A DNA stretch of 64,000 bases from IMG/VR virus record IMGVR_UViG_3300032893_000010, positions 52,131 to 116,130 of that record; one strand, written 5' to 3'. Positions within the stretch are counted from its first letter, which is position 1; each line of letters opens with the position of its first letter. This document shows, in pieces, positions 51,462 through 61,876 of this stretch. Origin of the DNA: a virus. The translations under genes were made by a program, and so were the position numbers. The notes under the pieces are model-generated. The model did not search any database, had not been told where the DNA came from, and saw only the letters and a program-made list of their open reading frames with translations.

Positions 51462-53141
51462 ATGGCACGACAGAACACAGTACGTCTGACTTCAAGGACA
51501 ACTCCCCTGAAGTCAGAGTACTCATCAACAGCTAGAACAGCTACAGGTGGCCAGGGTTTCGTTTCTGATTCTAACTCTGAGCTGTTCAGGCTCGGAGTAA
51601 ACGGCTTGTTAGGTAAGGAAGAAACTTACCATGAAAGCGGTAAGTCCAGGGACAGCAGGTTCACTGATCTTGTTTCTGAGCTTGCTGTAAATGATCCTGG
51701 CTGGACAGCAGGATTTCTTACATGGCTTCGTGGTCCGGAGGCTAATATCAGGACAGCATCTCTTATTGGTGCTGCTGATTATGTGCATGCAAGACTAGCT
51801 GCTGGTGTTAAGGAATCCGGTAAGTCTAAGGGTTTCAACAGGACAGTAGTCGATGGTGTATGCCAGAGAGCTGATGAGCCTGGTGAACTTGCAAGCATTT
51901 ATCTTTCTGAATACGGTAAGCTTCCTAAGCCAGTGAAGAGAGGTCTGGGGGATGCTGCTTCTAGGCTGTGGAATCCTTATGCCACGATGAAGTACGATAC
52001 TGCTTCTCATGGCCTGAGGTTTGCTGATGTTATGAACCTTTCCCATTTCACGCTTGCTGACAATGAACTAGCAGCTCATATTATCAACCGCAGGTACGGT
52101 AATGATGAGGATTGGGCTTCTCTTCCTGAGATGGTGAAGAACAATATTTCCCTGAGGAAGGAAGTTGCCAAGGGCAACTACGACATTCTGACCAATTCCA
52201 GGGTTCTCAAGTCTGCTGGCATGACATGGGAAGACGCTTTGTCTCTTGCCGGAAATCATGTTCCTAAGGACAAGCTGTGGAACGCTCTTATCCTTGGCGG
52301 TCAGGTTCCTATCTTCGCTGCACTGAGAAACCTCAGGAATTTCACTGAGGCTGGGATCTCTCAGCAGGCCAAGGAATATATTCATGATCAGCTAACTAAT
52401 GAAATAATAATCGCTAAGTCGAGAATCTTGCCATTCAGATTCCTGTCAGCGCTTGAGGCTCAGGATTCATATGAGTGGTACAGTGACCTTGAGACCGCTG
52501 TTCAGATTGCCACTAGGAACGTTCCAAGGCTTGAAGGCAAGACTATCGTCCTTGTTGATACTTCAGGTTCAATGGATTCTCCGGTGAGCAATAAGTCCAA
52601 GATGACACGTTCTGGTCTTGCTGCTTTCTTCGGCGGCGCTTTTGCGGCGCATAACTCAGATGATGTAGCTTTGTACATTTATGCTGACGGTGTTAAGAGA
52701 ATTCCTGTGAAGAAGGGACATTCTGTGCTGAAGCTGGCTGAGGAAATGCATCGCAGGACTGGTGAGGTCGGGCATGGTACTCAGACAGGAAGGGCCATGA
52801 GGCAGGCTTGTTCTGAGAATCCGGATGCTAAGAGGCTTATCGACAATACTGACATGCAGTCTTTTGCTCATGGTTCAAGAGCACATGTTTTAAGTTACAG
52901 CGGCTTTGGTTTCAGTTCATACAACAGTAATGGTTATTCAAGGCAAGGTACTGCTGCTGACGTTCCTGATAGTGTGTTCTTGTATTCTAACGACCTGTCA
53001 GGATATAAGACAGCTAACGTCCAGACTGGTGATGGTTCCCGTACTCATCAGCTATCAGGTATGATGGGTGATTCTACTTACAAGTGGATGAAGGCTATCG
53101 AAGCTGGCACGAATGCTGACTGGCCATGGCTGAAGAAGTAA
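51462..53141 (+). CDS. Ro60/TROVE-domain RNA-binding protein (Rsr homolog)
   Basis: QRADEPGE, KYD, MTWE, ALRNLRNF, SRILPFRF, vWA VDTSGSM. Confidence 0.9.
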   Translation: MARQNTVRLTSRTTPLKSEYSSTARTATGGQGFVSDSNSELFRLGVNGLLGKEETYHESGKSRDSRFTDLVSELAVNDPGWTAGFLTWLRGPEANIRTASLIGAADYVHARLAAGVKESGKSKGFNRTVVDGVCQRADEPGELASIYLSEYGKLPKPVKRGLGDAASRLWNPYATMKYDTASHGLRFADVMNLSHFTLADNELAAHIINRRYGNDEDWASLPEMVKNNISLRKEVAKGNYDILTNSRVLKSAGMTWEDALSLAGNHVPKDKLWNALILGGQVPIFAALRNLRNFTEAGISQQAKEYIHDQLTNEIIIAKSRILPFRFLSALEAQDSYEWYSDLETAVQIATRNVPRLEGKTIVLVDTSGSMDSPVSNKSKMTRSGLAAFFGGAFAAHNSDDVALYIYADGVKRIPVKKGHSVLKLAEEMHRRTGEVGHGTQTGRAMRQACSENPDAKRLIDNTDMQSFAHGSRAHVLSYSGFGFSSYNSNGYSRQGTAADVPDSVFLYSNDLSGYKTANVQTGDGSRTHQLSGMMGDSTYKWMKAIEAGTNADWPWLKK

Positions 53142-53751
53142 AATACAGAGAGGGTGACGAAATCCAGGTCACCCTCTCTGGCATTGTCAAGACAGTAGAC
53201 CCTAACGGTTTCCCTCTGAGGGTAGTTGTCGGCAGTCCAGTTGGCCATAGTTATAATAATGTGAGTTTCTCTCTTGAAAGAACCATGAATCCTGAGATTA
53301 AGCTCATTAAGAGAGCCATAAAGACTGGCGTGATGTACTATGATCCTTGGGATAATACAACATGGTGGAAAATAGATGATATCAGTTGCACCTGGTATAG
53401 TATACGCCCAGGTATGTGTCCTTTTCCTGTATCAGAAAAAGATATCCTTCCTGAAAGATTCGCAAGATTTAAGGAAATGATACCTGAGGAATAGCGAGGT
53501 AATATATGCTGGAAATTCTTTCGGTAATTGTATTGACAGTATCCTCCGCCTGTGGTATCATCTTCATGTTCGTCAAGTCAAGACAGCCTAAGATCACATA
53601 TCTTTCAGCAGAAGCTCTGGATATAAAACATAAAGAAATTGAAAGCATAAGACTTGATTCTATATCAAGAGCTTATACTCAGGAAGATGTAGACAGGGCT
53701 AATGCTCAATGTGATGAGCTGTATAAGCTATATAAAATAAGGAGGAAATAA

Positions 53752-54237
53752 GTGGGGAATGGTTTCTGGACTCCAGCGAAGATCATTGTTGTTAGTGTTT
53801 TTTCTCTGGTATTCCTGACAGGAGGTTTGCTGGTTCTCCCTCTTGCTACTAATTCCTGGTGGGCTGCTACTGCACCAGCTATCAGCAAGATGCAAGAGAC
53901 ACAGCAAGTTTATACGGCGCAGAACAGGATTACTCAGTACAACAAGTTCTACGACGAGTACAGTACTTACCAGACGGATCTACAGACAGTAAAGGATAAT
54001 GAGAAGCAGCTAGCAACTTTTAATAAGGAACATACAGCATCTCAGGTTGCAAATGATCCGACTGGTAATCTGACCCAGCTTCAGGGACAGTATGAGTCAT
54101 CTGTGACTGGCGCTCAGGAGATCTGCACTGAAGCTGCTAATGCTTTCAATAATGATTCAAGGAAGGTTCAGACCGGCGCTCAGTTCAAGGGCGTTGATCT
54201 TTCACAGCAAGTTGATGTCAAAGCTTGTAATAAGTAA
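53752..54237 (+). CDS. membrane-anchored hypothetical protein
   Basis: N-terminal transmembrane segment, coiled coil. Confidence 0.6.
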   Translation: MGNGFWTPAKIIVVSVFSLVFLTGGLLVLPLATNSWWAATAPAISKMQETQQVYTAQNRITQYNKFYDEYSTYQTDLQTVKDNEKQLATFNKEHTASQVANDPTGNLTQLQGQYESSVTGAQEICTEAANAFNNDSRKVQTGAQFKGVDLSQQVDVKACNK

Positions 54238-54257
54238 GTAAAAGCAGGAGGTACAAA

Positions 54258-54959
54258 TTGAAGATCAATTTTAAGCACGCTATTATTTCGGCTGCTTCTG
54301 CCGTTGTGCTGGTTCTCGGGATCTCGGCTTGCGCAGGTAATAACGTGGATGCAAGTGCATCGGCTCCTGATCCTACCAGTTCAGATAATGTAGCTGGCGG
54401 CTCAGTCCTTGGAGGAAGCGAGAGTAACACAGCTCAGCTTTTCTATAACCTGGGAGTTAAGACTTTCGACTCTGGTATTTTCTCTCAGATGAACGGCCCA
54501 TCTATGGAGATGGTCAATGATGGCAGGCGAGATCTCACCCTGAATAACCCTAACCATATCGGTTATGTTTATGTTTACAGTCAGACTGGTACTCTTATAA
54601 CTTTCTATACCATCAAGGGCAAGGTGAGTTCTACCCAGTCTCAGCTTACTGAGACTCAGGATATCGTTGATGACAAGAATTGCGTATCAGGTGATGATTC
54701 AGGACAAGGTGGAGGAACTATCGGGGCCTGCTCTAACGTCGTAGACAGTATTGGCGATGATGGTACTTATGGTGGTGAGGAAGGCGGTCCTTCTGGTGTT
54801 TTCTTCTTCACTACTGCTGGTGCCCTGGTAGAGCTTGGAGGAAACACTAACTGGTTTTACAGTGACGCTCCTCTGGCATTGACCAGCAAGCCTGTCATGA
54901 TCTACAACAACAATGCGCCTACTTCTGGTGCTGTGACTCTACCGAAGGGTAACAAGTAA
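54258..54959 (+). CDS. lipoprotein
   Basis: lipobox ISAC; GKVSS and DDGTYG motifs. Confidence 0.7.
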   Translation: MKINFKHAIISAASAVVLVLGISACAGNNVDASASAPDPTSSDNVAGGSVLGGSESNTAQLFYNLGVKTFDSGIFSQMNGPSMEMVNDGRRDLTLNNPNHIGYVYVYSQTGTLITFYTIKGKVSSTQSQLTETQDIVDDKNCVSGDDSGQGGGTIGACSNVVDSIGDDGTYGGEEGGPSGVFFFTTAGALVELGGNTNWFYSDAPLALTSKPVMIYNNNAPTSGAVTLPKGNK

Positions 54960-55220
54960 TGGCTAATGTAGAAAGAAAGATAGTTGAGACTGTGTCGTAT
55001 TTCCTGACTCTTGATGACAGAGAGGCTAGGACTCTCAGGGATATCCTTTCTCATTGTTCATCCGATAATGGAGAAGAGAGTTCGAGAATCTGGAATATGA
55101 TTGACGCTTTCGATTCTGCTGGATTTGGATACGAGAGATCAAATCTGATTGCGGGAAGTACGGGAATCAGATTTCATAGGTAGTAGTACAATATTAAAGT
55201 GGAGAGAAATCTCCACGCAC

Positions 55221-55294
55221 GGGAGCATAGCTCAGTTGGTTAGAGCACTACCCTGTCAAGGTAGGGGTCACGGGTTCAAGTCCCGTTGTTCTCG
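55221..55294 (+). tRNA. tRNA-Asp(GTC)
   Basis: cloverleaf. Confidence 0.92.
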
Positions 55295-55324
55295 CTTTTG
55301 ATTCGAACCGTGGTAAACTTAAGT

Positions 55325-55729
55325 ATGGCAACATTACATGACGATATACTTAAACTGCGGGACGATGGTTTTACATACAACCAGATAGTAAACAACCTAG
55401 GTTGCTCAAAAGGAACAGTCTCTTACTACCTAGGTAAGGACCAGAAGCTAAAGACTTTAATACGTACTAGAAATCGACGGAATTTTATTTCTAGATATAT
55501 CAAAGAGTTAAAAGATAACAAATGCTGTATGGATTGCGGTCAGCAATTTCCTCATTTCATCCTGGACTTTGACCACAGGCCGGGGGAAGAGAAACTATTT
55601 TGTATAAGTGCAGCAAGAAGTAATAGAACAAAAGAAGAGATAGACGCAGAAGTTGCTAAGTGCGATTTAGTTTGTGCTAATTGTCACAGATTTAGAACGT
55701 GGAACAGGTCAATAAAATCGCATTATTAA
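55325..55729 (+). CDS. HTH-HNH endonuclease
   Basis: N-terminal HTH (YNQI..LGCSKGTVSYY), CMDC, FDH, CDLVCANCH. Confidence 0.88.
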   Translation: MATLHDDILKLRDDGFTYNQIVNNLGCSKGTVSYYLGKDQKLKTLIRTRNRRNFISRYIKELKDNKCCMDCGQQFPHFILDFDHRPGEEKLFCISAARSNRTKEEIDAEVAKCDLVCANCHRFRTWNRSIKSHY

Positions 55730-55937
55730 GGGAGATTCATTCAACGGTAATGACACCTTTATAGTCCGACCCGCATGTTAACTGACTATAAACTTCAGCG
55801 TGCGGCTCTTGCCTAGGGAGATGCTCAGGTCCGGTCTGGTACTAACCGGCAAAATAAAGTATCAAAAGATATGGGGTCGGTACTGAAGCGGTCGTCATAT
55901 ACAGAGAGAAGGGAAACCGTCTCTGTCCATATCACTT

Positions 55938-56009
55938 GTGATTATAGTGAAAGGGTTATCACAATAGCTTGCCATGCTATTAGTCCGGGTTCGAATCCCG
56001 GTAGTCACT
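55938..56009 (+). tRNA. tRNA-Gly(GCC)
   Basis: cloverleaf. Confidence 0.88.
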
Positions 56010-56074
56010 CGCAATTGCCCATTGGGAGTGTGCCCTGTGCTCGCAAACGGAAACTAAATTGGAACAGGGAGTAT

Positions 56075-56155
56075 GGAATCGTGGCAGAGTGGTAATGCAG
56101 CAGTTTGCTACACTGTAATACTTCGGTATCATAGGTTCGAATCCTATCGATTCCG
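56075..56155 (+). tRNA. tRNA-Ser(GCT)
   Basis: cloverleaf with variable arm. Confidence 0.9.
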
Positions 56156-56226
56156 CGTAGCCCGTGATCACTGGAATCTAGTGCAGTACCTAGACCGGGC
56201 AAGGTGATCTTGAAAACTGCACACTA

Positions 56227-56310
56227 GGAGTCGCTAACATCGGTGGCGTGGAACTGTCTTGAAAACAGTACGGGGTAACTCCCGTGTGAGTTCGAATCTC
56301 ACCGGCTCCT
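56227..56310 (+). tRNA. tRNA-Ser(TGA)
   Basis: cloverleaf with variable arm, weak D arm. Confidence 0.8.
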
Positions 56311-56324
56311 CTGGAATTAATGAT

Positions 56325-56397
56325 GCTCCATTAACTCAGCGGCTAGAGTAGTTGACTCTTAATCAACCGGTCATTGGTTCGAATCCAATATGGAGTA
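56325..56397 (+). tRNA. tRNA-Lys(CTT)
   Basis: cloverleaf. Confidence 0.9.
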
Positions 56398-56435
56398 CTT
56401 ATCTTGAGAAAATAAAACCAATTGAAAGGAAAGTT

Positions 56436-57074
56436 ATGTTCAGAAAGTTTATAGCGACTGCTGTTGTAGCGTTAAGTCTGGGGGTCAGCGCCACATCAGC
56501 GAGTGCCGCTGTAACTCCGGTACTTCCTACTTATAGTGAAGTCAACGCGGTAGCGTATGGTCCTCACTGGATTCTCAATAATTTCAAAGATTATTCGTAC
56601 CAGAACAATCTAGCGTCAGTATTCAATGACCTTGGTGCTGATCGCACATGGTTCAGGATTTCAGCGGTGAATGTGTCGCTGCCTTCTTCTTACGGTGAAG
56701 ATCTAGTTGTCACTATCAAGAATGACAAGGGGCAGTATCTGTCACAGTGGAGTAACCAGAATCCGGCAGTTAACGGCTGGCGTGCAAGATGGGACTGGGT
56801 AAACGGCAACGTAATCGATGTTCCTGCTGTTCAGTGGATTTTAGTTCCTAATGGTAGCTATTACAATCTGGTTGATGTGTCGTCAATCAACAACTCTGAC
56901 GGTCCTTATGCCCTGACAATCGCTCAGGGCGGAAGCACTAAGGAGACAAACGGCGTTCCTGACTGGAGTGACCTGGTTCTGCTGCCTCTGTCTCAGACAG
57001 ATAAGTTCCAGCTATTCAATTTCGTGAATCCTTCAGCTCAGTTCCCGGCTCCTACAGGAACATCTTCTGACTAG
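56436..57074 (+). CDS. secreted protein, possibly beta-trefoil lectin-like
   Basis: signal peptide (ASA), QW/YNLV patterns. Confidence 0.55.
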   Translation: MFRKFIATAVVALSLGVSATSASAAVTPVLPTYSEVNAVAYGPHWILNNFKDYSYQNNLASVFNDLGADRTWFRISAVNVSLPSSYGEDLVVTIKNDKGQYLSQWSNQNPAVNGWRARWDWVNGNVIDVPAVQWILVPNGSYYNLVDVSSINNSDGPYALTIAQGGSTKETNGVPDWSDLVLLPLSQTDKFQLFNFVNPSAQFPAPTGTSSD

Positions 57075-57165
57075 TGAAACAGCATATATGCCTGTTCTGT
57101 AACGGATACGGCATGATTAAAGGGAAACCCTGTCCTTTATGTCATGGGACAGGGAAACCTCCCAG

Positions 57166-57236
57166 GTCCCCATAGTTTAATGGGAGAACGTCACCCTCTC
57201 AAGGTGATGATGCGAGTTCGATCCTCGCTGGGGATA
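57166..57236 (+). tRNA. tRNA-Glu(CTC)
   Basis: cloverleaf. Confidence 0.88.
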
Positions 57237-57548
57237 CCCTGAGCATCAAGGAGGTAATATGGGAAATGTTCTTATACTGGTTTTCAGTGCCATAGGAGTG
57301 TACGCAGGAATGCACCTGGGATTGACCTTGATTCAGTCAATCATATTGTTCATAATATCTGTGGCAATCGTGGTGCCTGTCATATCAGCGGTAAGGCATA
57401 TGAATCATTAGGAGGATAAAATGGGTTTCTGTCCTGAGACATGGGGGAAGAAGTGCCCTCACTCAGCAGATGGCAGGGGAGAGCACGCTTGCGACAGGTC
57501 ACGTCACCACCTGGGCATCCGCCATAGGTGCAGTTGCGGAGTGACAAA

Positions 57549-57620
57549 GGGCGATTAGCTCAGTGGAAGAGCGCTTCTCTTACAAAGAAGAGGCCGAAAG
57601 TTCAATCCTTTCATTGCCCA
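57549..57620 (+). tRNA. tRNA-Val(TAC)
   Basis: cloverleaf. Confidence 0.9.
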
Positions 57621-58443
57621 CGAAACAAGGCATATGGGTGTCTTAAGCAGAAGGAAATTCCTGAATACCGGCAGGGAAAGGGTAAGTACTGAAGCGACAG
57701 CCTTAGACAAGCTGGCCCATATATTTCTCAGTAAGCCAGTATCCTGCCTTGGGATACTGGCTATCTTCATTTCTGGAGGAAAATATGGCTTGTAAGCATT
57801 CTCCTTTATGTTTCTGTAATTGCAGGGGATGCAAGAGAGAGTTTCACTGCAATAATCATAAGGCTGGCCTGAGGGGATGTCACTATGACTGTGAGTAGGG
57901 CGGCTCTGAGATCGATTCTGCCGGGTCTACATAGGGAGGCCAGCCCCATCCACCGACCCTGCCCTGAAAAGCCGCCTCCGTGGCTCTCAGGCTGTTCTAG
58001 GGCCACCTGATGAGCTGGCTGCCTGATCCGTTCCAGCTAGCGGAGGCACCTAGCATAGCAGAGCCTGAAATAGATGTGGAAGAACCTCCGTCTAATGAGG
58101 AGATCTTCTATGGTTCTATAAGGCACTATCCTGACACGGCAGGCAGTGAGCTGGGCATTCATGTGGATGCGTGCAGGTTCGATGAGGATGGCAACCATGT
58201 ACAGATGGCAAAGCGTTGCCCTCACTATGATGCAGAGGATGAGCAGGGAAGAAGGATAGCGCCGGGGTGGACAGTGCAAAGCAGGAATAGATGAGAAGAA
58301 AATGCGAGAAATGGGGTAGATGCTACTGCAACTGCCACGCTTGCGCGAACGCCAGGAAAGCAGGAAACATGTGGCGGTATCATTGCGGGAAGCATGATCA
58401 GGGATGTCATAGCCTATGTACTAAAAACTGATACCCTTATTAC

Positions 58444-58920
58444 ATGACAAATAAGCATATAACACCAGCGCATACGCAAGTATCAGCACATAGGTATATA
58501 GTTCATTTCCCTCCTCATCCGGCCAGGAAGGATGATCCTCACTATGTTGACTTCAATCACTACCACAAGAAGACACGTCCGGCTGCGAGATGTTATGTCG
58601 GGTCCATAATCGGATTTGACGAATGCCGCGACGAGCATGGAGAGACTGTCACTATCGACTCCCGTGGTGAGCAGTCAGGACTTGAGCTTCATCATGCCCA
58701 CGTTGAATTCTCGCTCCAGCAGGGAATATCTCTTGAAGCTCTAGAGAAAGTATACCCAGGTATATCCGATAAGGAAGATCTTGGTGCATGGGTAGAATCC
58801 GGGGATAACTTCATGTGGCTCTGCACGTTCCATCATAGAGGACCAGGAGGTGCCCATACAGCTACAGCCAGCGATTGGGAGGCAGAGAAATTCGTAAAAG
58901 GATTAATTACTAAGGAATAG
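58444..58920 (+). CDS. His-rich HNH-like protein
   Basis: LELHHAHVE, WLCTFHHRG. Confidence 0.5.
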   Translation: MTNKHITPAHTQVSAHRYIVHFPPHPARKDDPHYVDFNHYHKKTRPAARCYVGSIIGFDECRDEHGETVTIDSRGEQSGLELHHAHVEFSLQQGISLEALEKVYPGISDKEDLGAWVESGDNFMWLCTFHHRGPGGAHTATASDWEAEKFVKGLITKE

Positions 58921-58922
58921 TT

Positions 58923-59594
58923 TTGATTAAAGTATTATCAGGGGCAGATGCAACGCACTCTAACATATCGTCTTTGCCTCATACTGTTAGCGTGGTGGCA
59001 GGGTATACTACGGGTACTGCGGATATTAAATGGACATCTGCTGACTGGGCAAGGTATCCAGCAGCTATAAGAATATGCCAGGATCATGGATCAGACACGT
59101 CTGCTGATGTTCTTGACGTGGAGAACGGGGCTGCGACATTTGAGGATGCAGTGACATGGTATCCGAAAGCGGTAGAAAATTTTTATTCAGGTCAGAGGCC
59201 AGGTCAGAGATTCCCGGCAATTTACCTGAGCTTGAGCAATATCCAGGATCTTCAGGCAGCGTTGAAAGCTGGAGGGATCACAAGAGCTAATTTGTGGATA
59301 GCTGACTGGACTAATTCCCAGAGCACGGCTGTAAGCCAGTTGATAAATGCGTCCGGGAATTACCCGGCGGTGGCGATCCAGTATGCTAATGCCGGAAGTT
59401 ATGATAAAGACGTATTTAACAAGAGTTGGGTGAATACAGTGTCAGAGAAGACGCCTAAATTTGATGTTGCCACAGCACCTCCGGGACTATGGCAAGATTT
59501 CATGGTAGCAGTGGGAAGAGGACTAGACGGAAATCTGTGGTACGCAACCTATTCCCCGGACACAGGACAATGGTCTGAGCCAGTGAAGATGTAA
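58923..59594 (+). CDS. GH25-like glycoside hydrolase (candidate endolysin)
   Basis: LDVENG, AIY.S, LWIADW, IQY..YDKD. Confidence 0.6.
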   Translation: MIKVLSGADATHSNISSLPHTVSVVAGYTTGTADIKWTSADWARYPAAIRICQDHGSDTSADVLDVENGAATFEDAVTWYPKAVENFYSGQRPGQRFPAIYLSLSNIQDLQAALKAGGITRANLWIADWTNSQSTAVSQLINASGNYPAVAIQYANAGSYDKDVFNKSWVNTVSEKTPKFDVATAPPGLWQDFMVAVGRGLDGNLWYATYSPDTGQWSEPVKM

Positions 59595-60044
59595 ATGGCC
59601 AAGAGAAGAAAGCCTGCTACCTGGAATGTAAGAAGAGAGGTAGCTAAGTACACTGACAGGATGGCCCGTCCTGGTAAGATGGGCACGCCATCTCGGTTTC
59701 CTGATGATGGCTCTTATTCTGCTGAATCAGATGTAGCAAGACTGCAAGAATCAGAAAGGTTCATGCAGGAGACAGGTCAGGGCGATTTCATTCCCCTGAC
59801 CTACTATCCTACTAAGTCATCGTGGCCTGCTAACGGATGGGATCACAGGAGAACTGTAGCAGCAGGTTATGACAGGAACAGAGGACTCCTCAGAGTCCAG
59901 TTCTTCACGGATGGTGCTATCTATGATTACGGCACTGCAACTCCTGTTCCTCCTTACATCGCGTATCAGTTCAGGCAGACGCAATCACCTGGAAGATTCA
60001 TCAATTCTACTCTTGAGGCTTTCGGCTATGAAAGAATCGGATAA
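59595..60044 (+). CDS. KTSC-like domain protein
   Basis: AGYD..LRVQF..G.IYDY..VP..SPGRFIN. Confidence 0.72.
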   Translation: MAKRRKPATWNVRREVAKYTDRMARPGKMGTPSRFPDDGSYSAESDVARLQESERFMQETGQGDFIPLTYYPTKSSWPANGWDHRRTVAAGYDRNRGLLRVQFFTDGAIYDYGTATPVPPYIAYQFRQTQSPGRFINSTLEAFGYERIG

Positions 60045-60691
60045 TCTTTACACTCCAAGGCACGGGAAGAAAAAGAAGCCCCTGTTTTACATCCCAGTTA
60101 ATGCCTGGGGCTGGGTAGAGCAGGGAATACAGGCGCTGTTCATAATAGTTTTCGTTGCCATGGTAATACTCGTGTTAATAGGAGGACTCAGGTAGTGGCA
60201 CAGATGCACGGTAAGTATCTCTTCATAGGTCTTGAGAATGTCAGGGGATTATTTCTTGTAGATGTTGCTAGCGTTTATGAGACAGAGCATCCTTACCGCT
60301 CATGCAATCACGCATGGTTCATACACGTGTGGCCAGGAAAGGCGGTAGTCGTAGGCTTGTGGAGGAAAAAATACGGTGAGATGGAAAACCTGTTCAGGGC
60401 AGTTAAAGGAGGAAGGGATCTGGATGTTCAGGAAAAAGATACCCTCAGGGTTCTGGGAAGCCCATTACCAGAAAGCGCATCGAAGACTGAAGCGGACGAG
60501 TTTTCGTGAGCTTCTGAATTACGGAGACACAAGCCTTAATGAGTTCATAGCAGCATATCAGTCCCATTGTAAATGTCCTAGTGAAGTAAGCATTCATGAG
60601 ATGAAACGAAATCTTGCTCATCTTCAGGCTGTAGTGGACGAGCTTCAGGAAGATTTTCAGTCTGATCTGGTATAGTGAAATAAGTAAGGTT

Positions 60692-60931
60692 TTGCAGAAT
60701 TTAGGAAGAACAATGACTAACGCGACTATAGTCCTGGCTGCTGTGACAGCATTAGGTGTCGTGGGAACAGGGATATGGGGGTTGCTGAGAGTCGTATTCA
60801 AGCTAGGACAGGTTTCTGAAACTATAAACGAAACTTCGAAGACACTTCAGCAGGTAACTAATACTGTGGCCAACATTAACGATACCATGTCAGATCATGA
60901 GCTTAGGATTGCTAAACTTGAGGTGAAATGA
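60692..60931 (+). CDS. small membrane protein (holin-like candidate)
   Basis: one transmembrane segment plus coiled coil ending HELRIAKLE. Confidence 0.45.
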   Translation: MQNLGRTMTNATIVLAAVTALGVVGTGIWGLLRVVFKLGQVSETINETSKTLQQVTNTVANINDTMSDHELRIAKLEVK

Positions 60932-61152
60932 TGGCAGAGAAGAAAAGACCTGCTAGGAAGAGGAGCCCCGGAAGCTCTAGCGGGATTCACATAAAGCCTT
61001 CAAAGAAAGGCTCATTCAAGAGGATGGCTAAGAAGGCTGGAAAGTCTGTTCAGGCTGAGGCGACTGCTGTACTGAAGAATCCTGATGCCTCCCCGGCAGC
61101 TAAGAAAAAGGCAAACTTCGCACGTAATGCTTCCAGGTGGAGGAAGGGCTGA
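60928..61152 (+). CDS. small basic protein
   Basis: IHIKPSKKG, ANFARNA. Confidence 0.6.
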   Translation: MMAEKKRPARKRSPGSSSGIHIKPSKKGSFKRMAKKAGKSVQAEATAVLKNPDASPAAKKKANFARNASRWRKG

Positions 61153-61682
61153 TGAATCTTGTGAACCCTGAAATAGGAGATTTCTGCTGTGTTCCCGTCT
61201 CCGGGCCAGTTGGAAAACTGATCTCATTTGGTGAGTGGCTTAATGGTGACGGATTCAGCAGGTATGATCATGCTGAGATCTATGTAGGGAATCCTATAGG
61301 AGGCTATGCCAGGTACGGGTACACTTTCAGTGCCTACCCAGATGGCGCTACATACAAGCCTCTGGATGATGAGACCAGGAAAAATGCCTTGTGGTCCACG
61401 GGACATTTCGATCTCACGGTAAATCAGCGTAATAATATAGTTGAGATCTGCAAGAGCCTGGAAGGTACTCCTTACAGCGTCCTTGACTATTTCGCGCTGG
61501 CCGAGCACAGATTCCATTTTCCTGTCCCGTTCCTGAAAGATTATGTTTCGTCTACCAAGCACATGATATGCTCTCAGCTAGTTGACCTGGTGTATAAGGA
61601 GAGTGGTGTCTATCTTTTCAACGACGGCAGGTGGCCAGGATATGTGACGCCTGCTGATCTTGCTAGCCTGCTTGGGGGGTAA
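61152..61682 (+). CDS. permuted NlpC/P60 (YiiX-like) hydrolase
   Basis: GD, HAEIY, GTPY, ICSQLV, TPADL. Confidence 0.8.
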   Translation: MNLVNPEIGDFCCVPVSGPVGKLISFGEWLNGDGFSRYDHAEIYVGNPIGGYARYGYTFSAYPDGATYKPLDDETRKNALWSTGHFDLTVNQRNNIVEICKSLEGTPYSVLDYFALAEHRFHFPVPFLKDYVSSTKHMICSQLVDLVYKESGVYLFNDGRWPGYVTPADLASLLGG

Positions 61683-61876
61683 CATGCCAGGTAAATCACC
61701 TGGACCTTCTATAAAGAAGCCTGAAGTTTACGAGGCCCTGAAAAAAGAAGGTTACAGTAAGACTTCGGCGGCTAAGATATCTAACGCCAAGGCCAGGAGA
61801 AAACCTAAAAAGAAGTCCAGGAAAAAGTGATACCCTAGATACATAATGTATCTAGGGTATTTTTATTTGGGGACAA

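Noticed and set aside
36800-57620. tmRNA or suppressor tRNA / recoded genetic code
   Set aside because: No tmRNA-like ends with a tag ORF recognised, no CTA/TTA/TCA anticodons, and long genes are intact in the standard code
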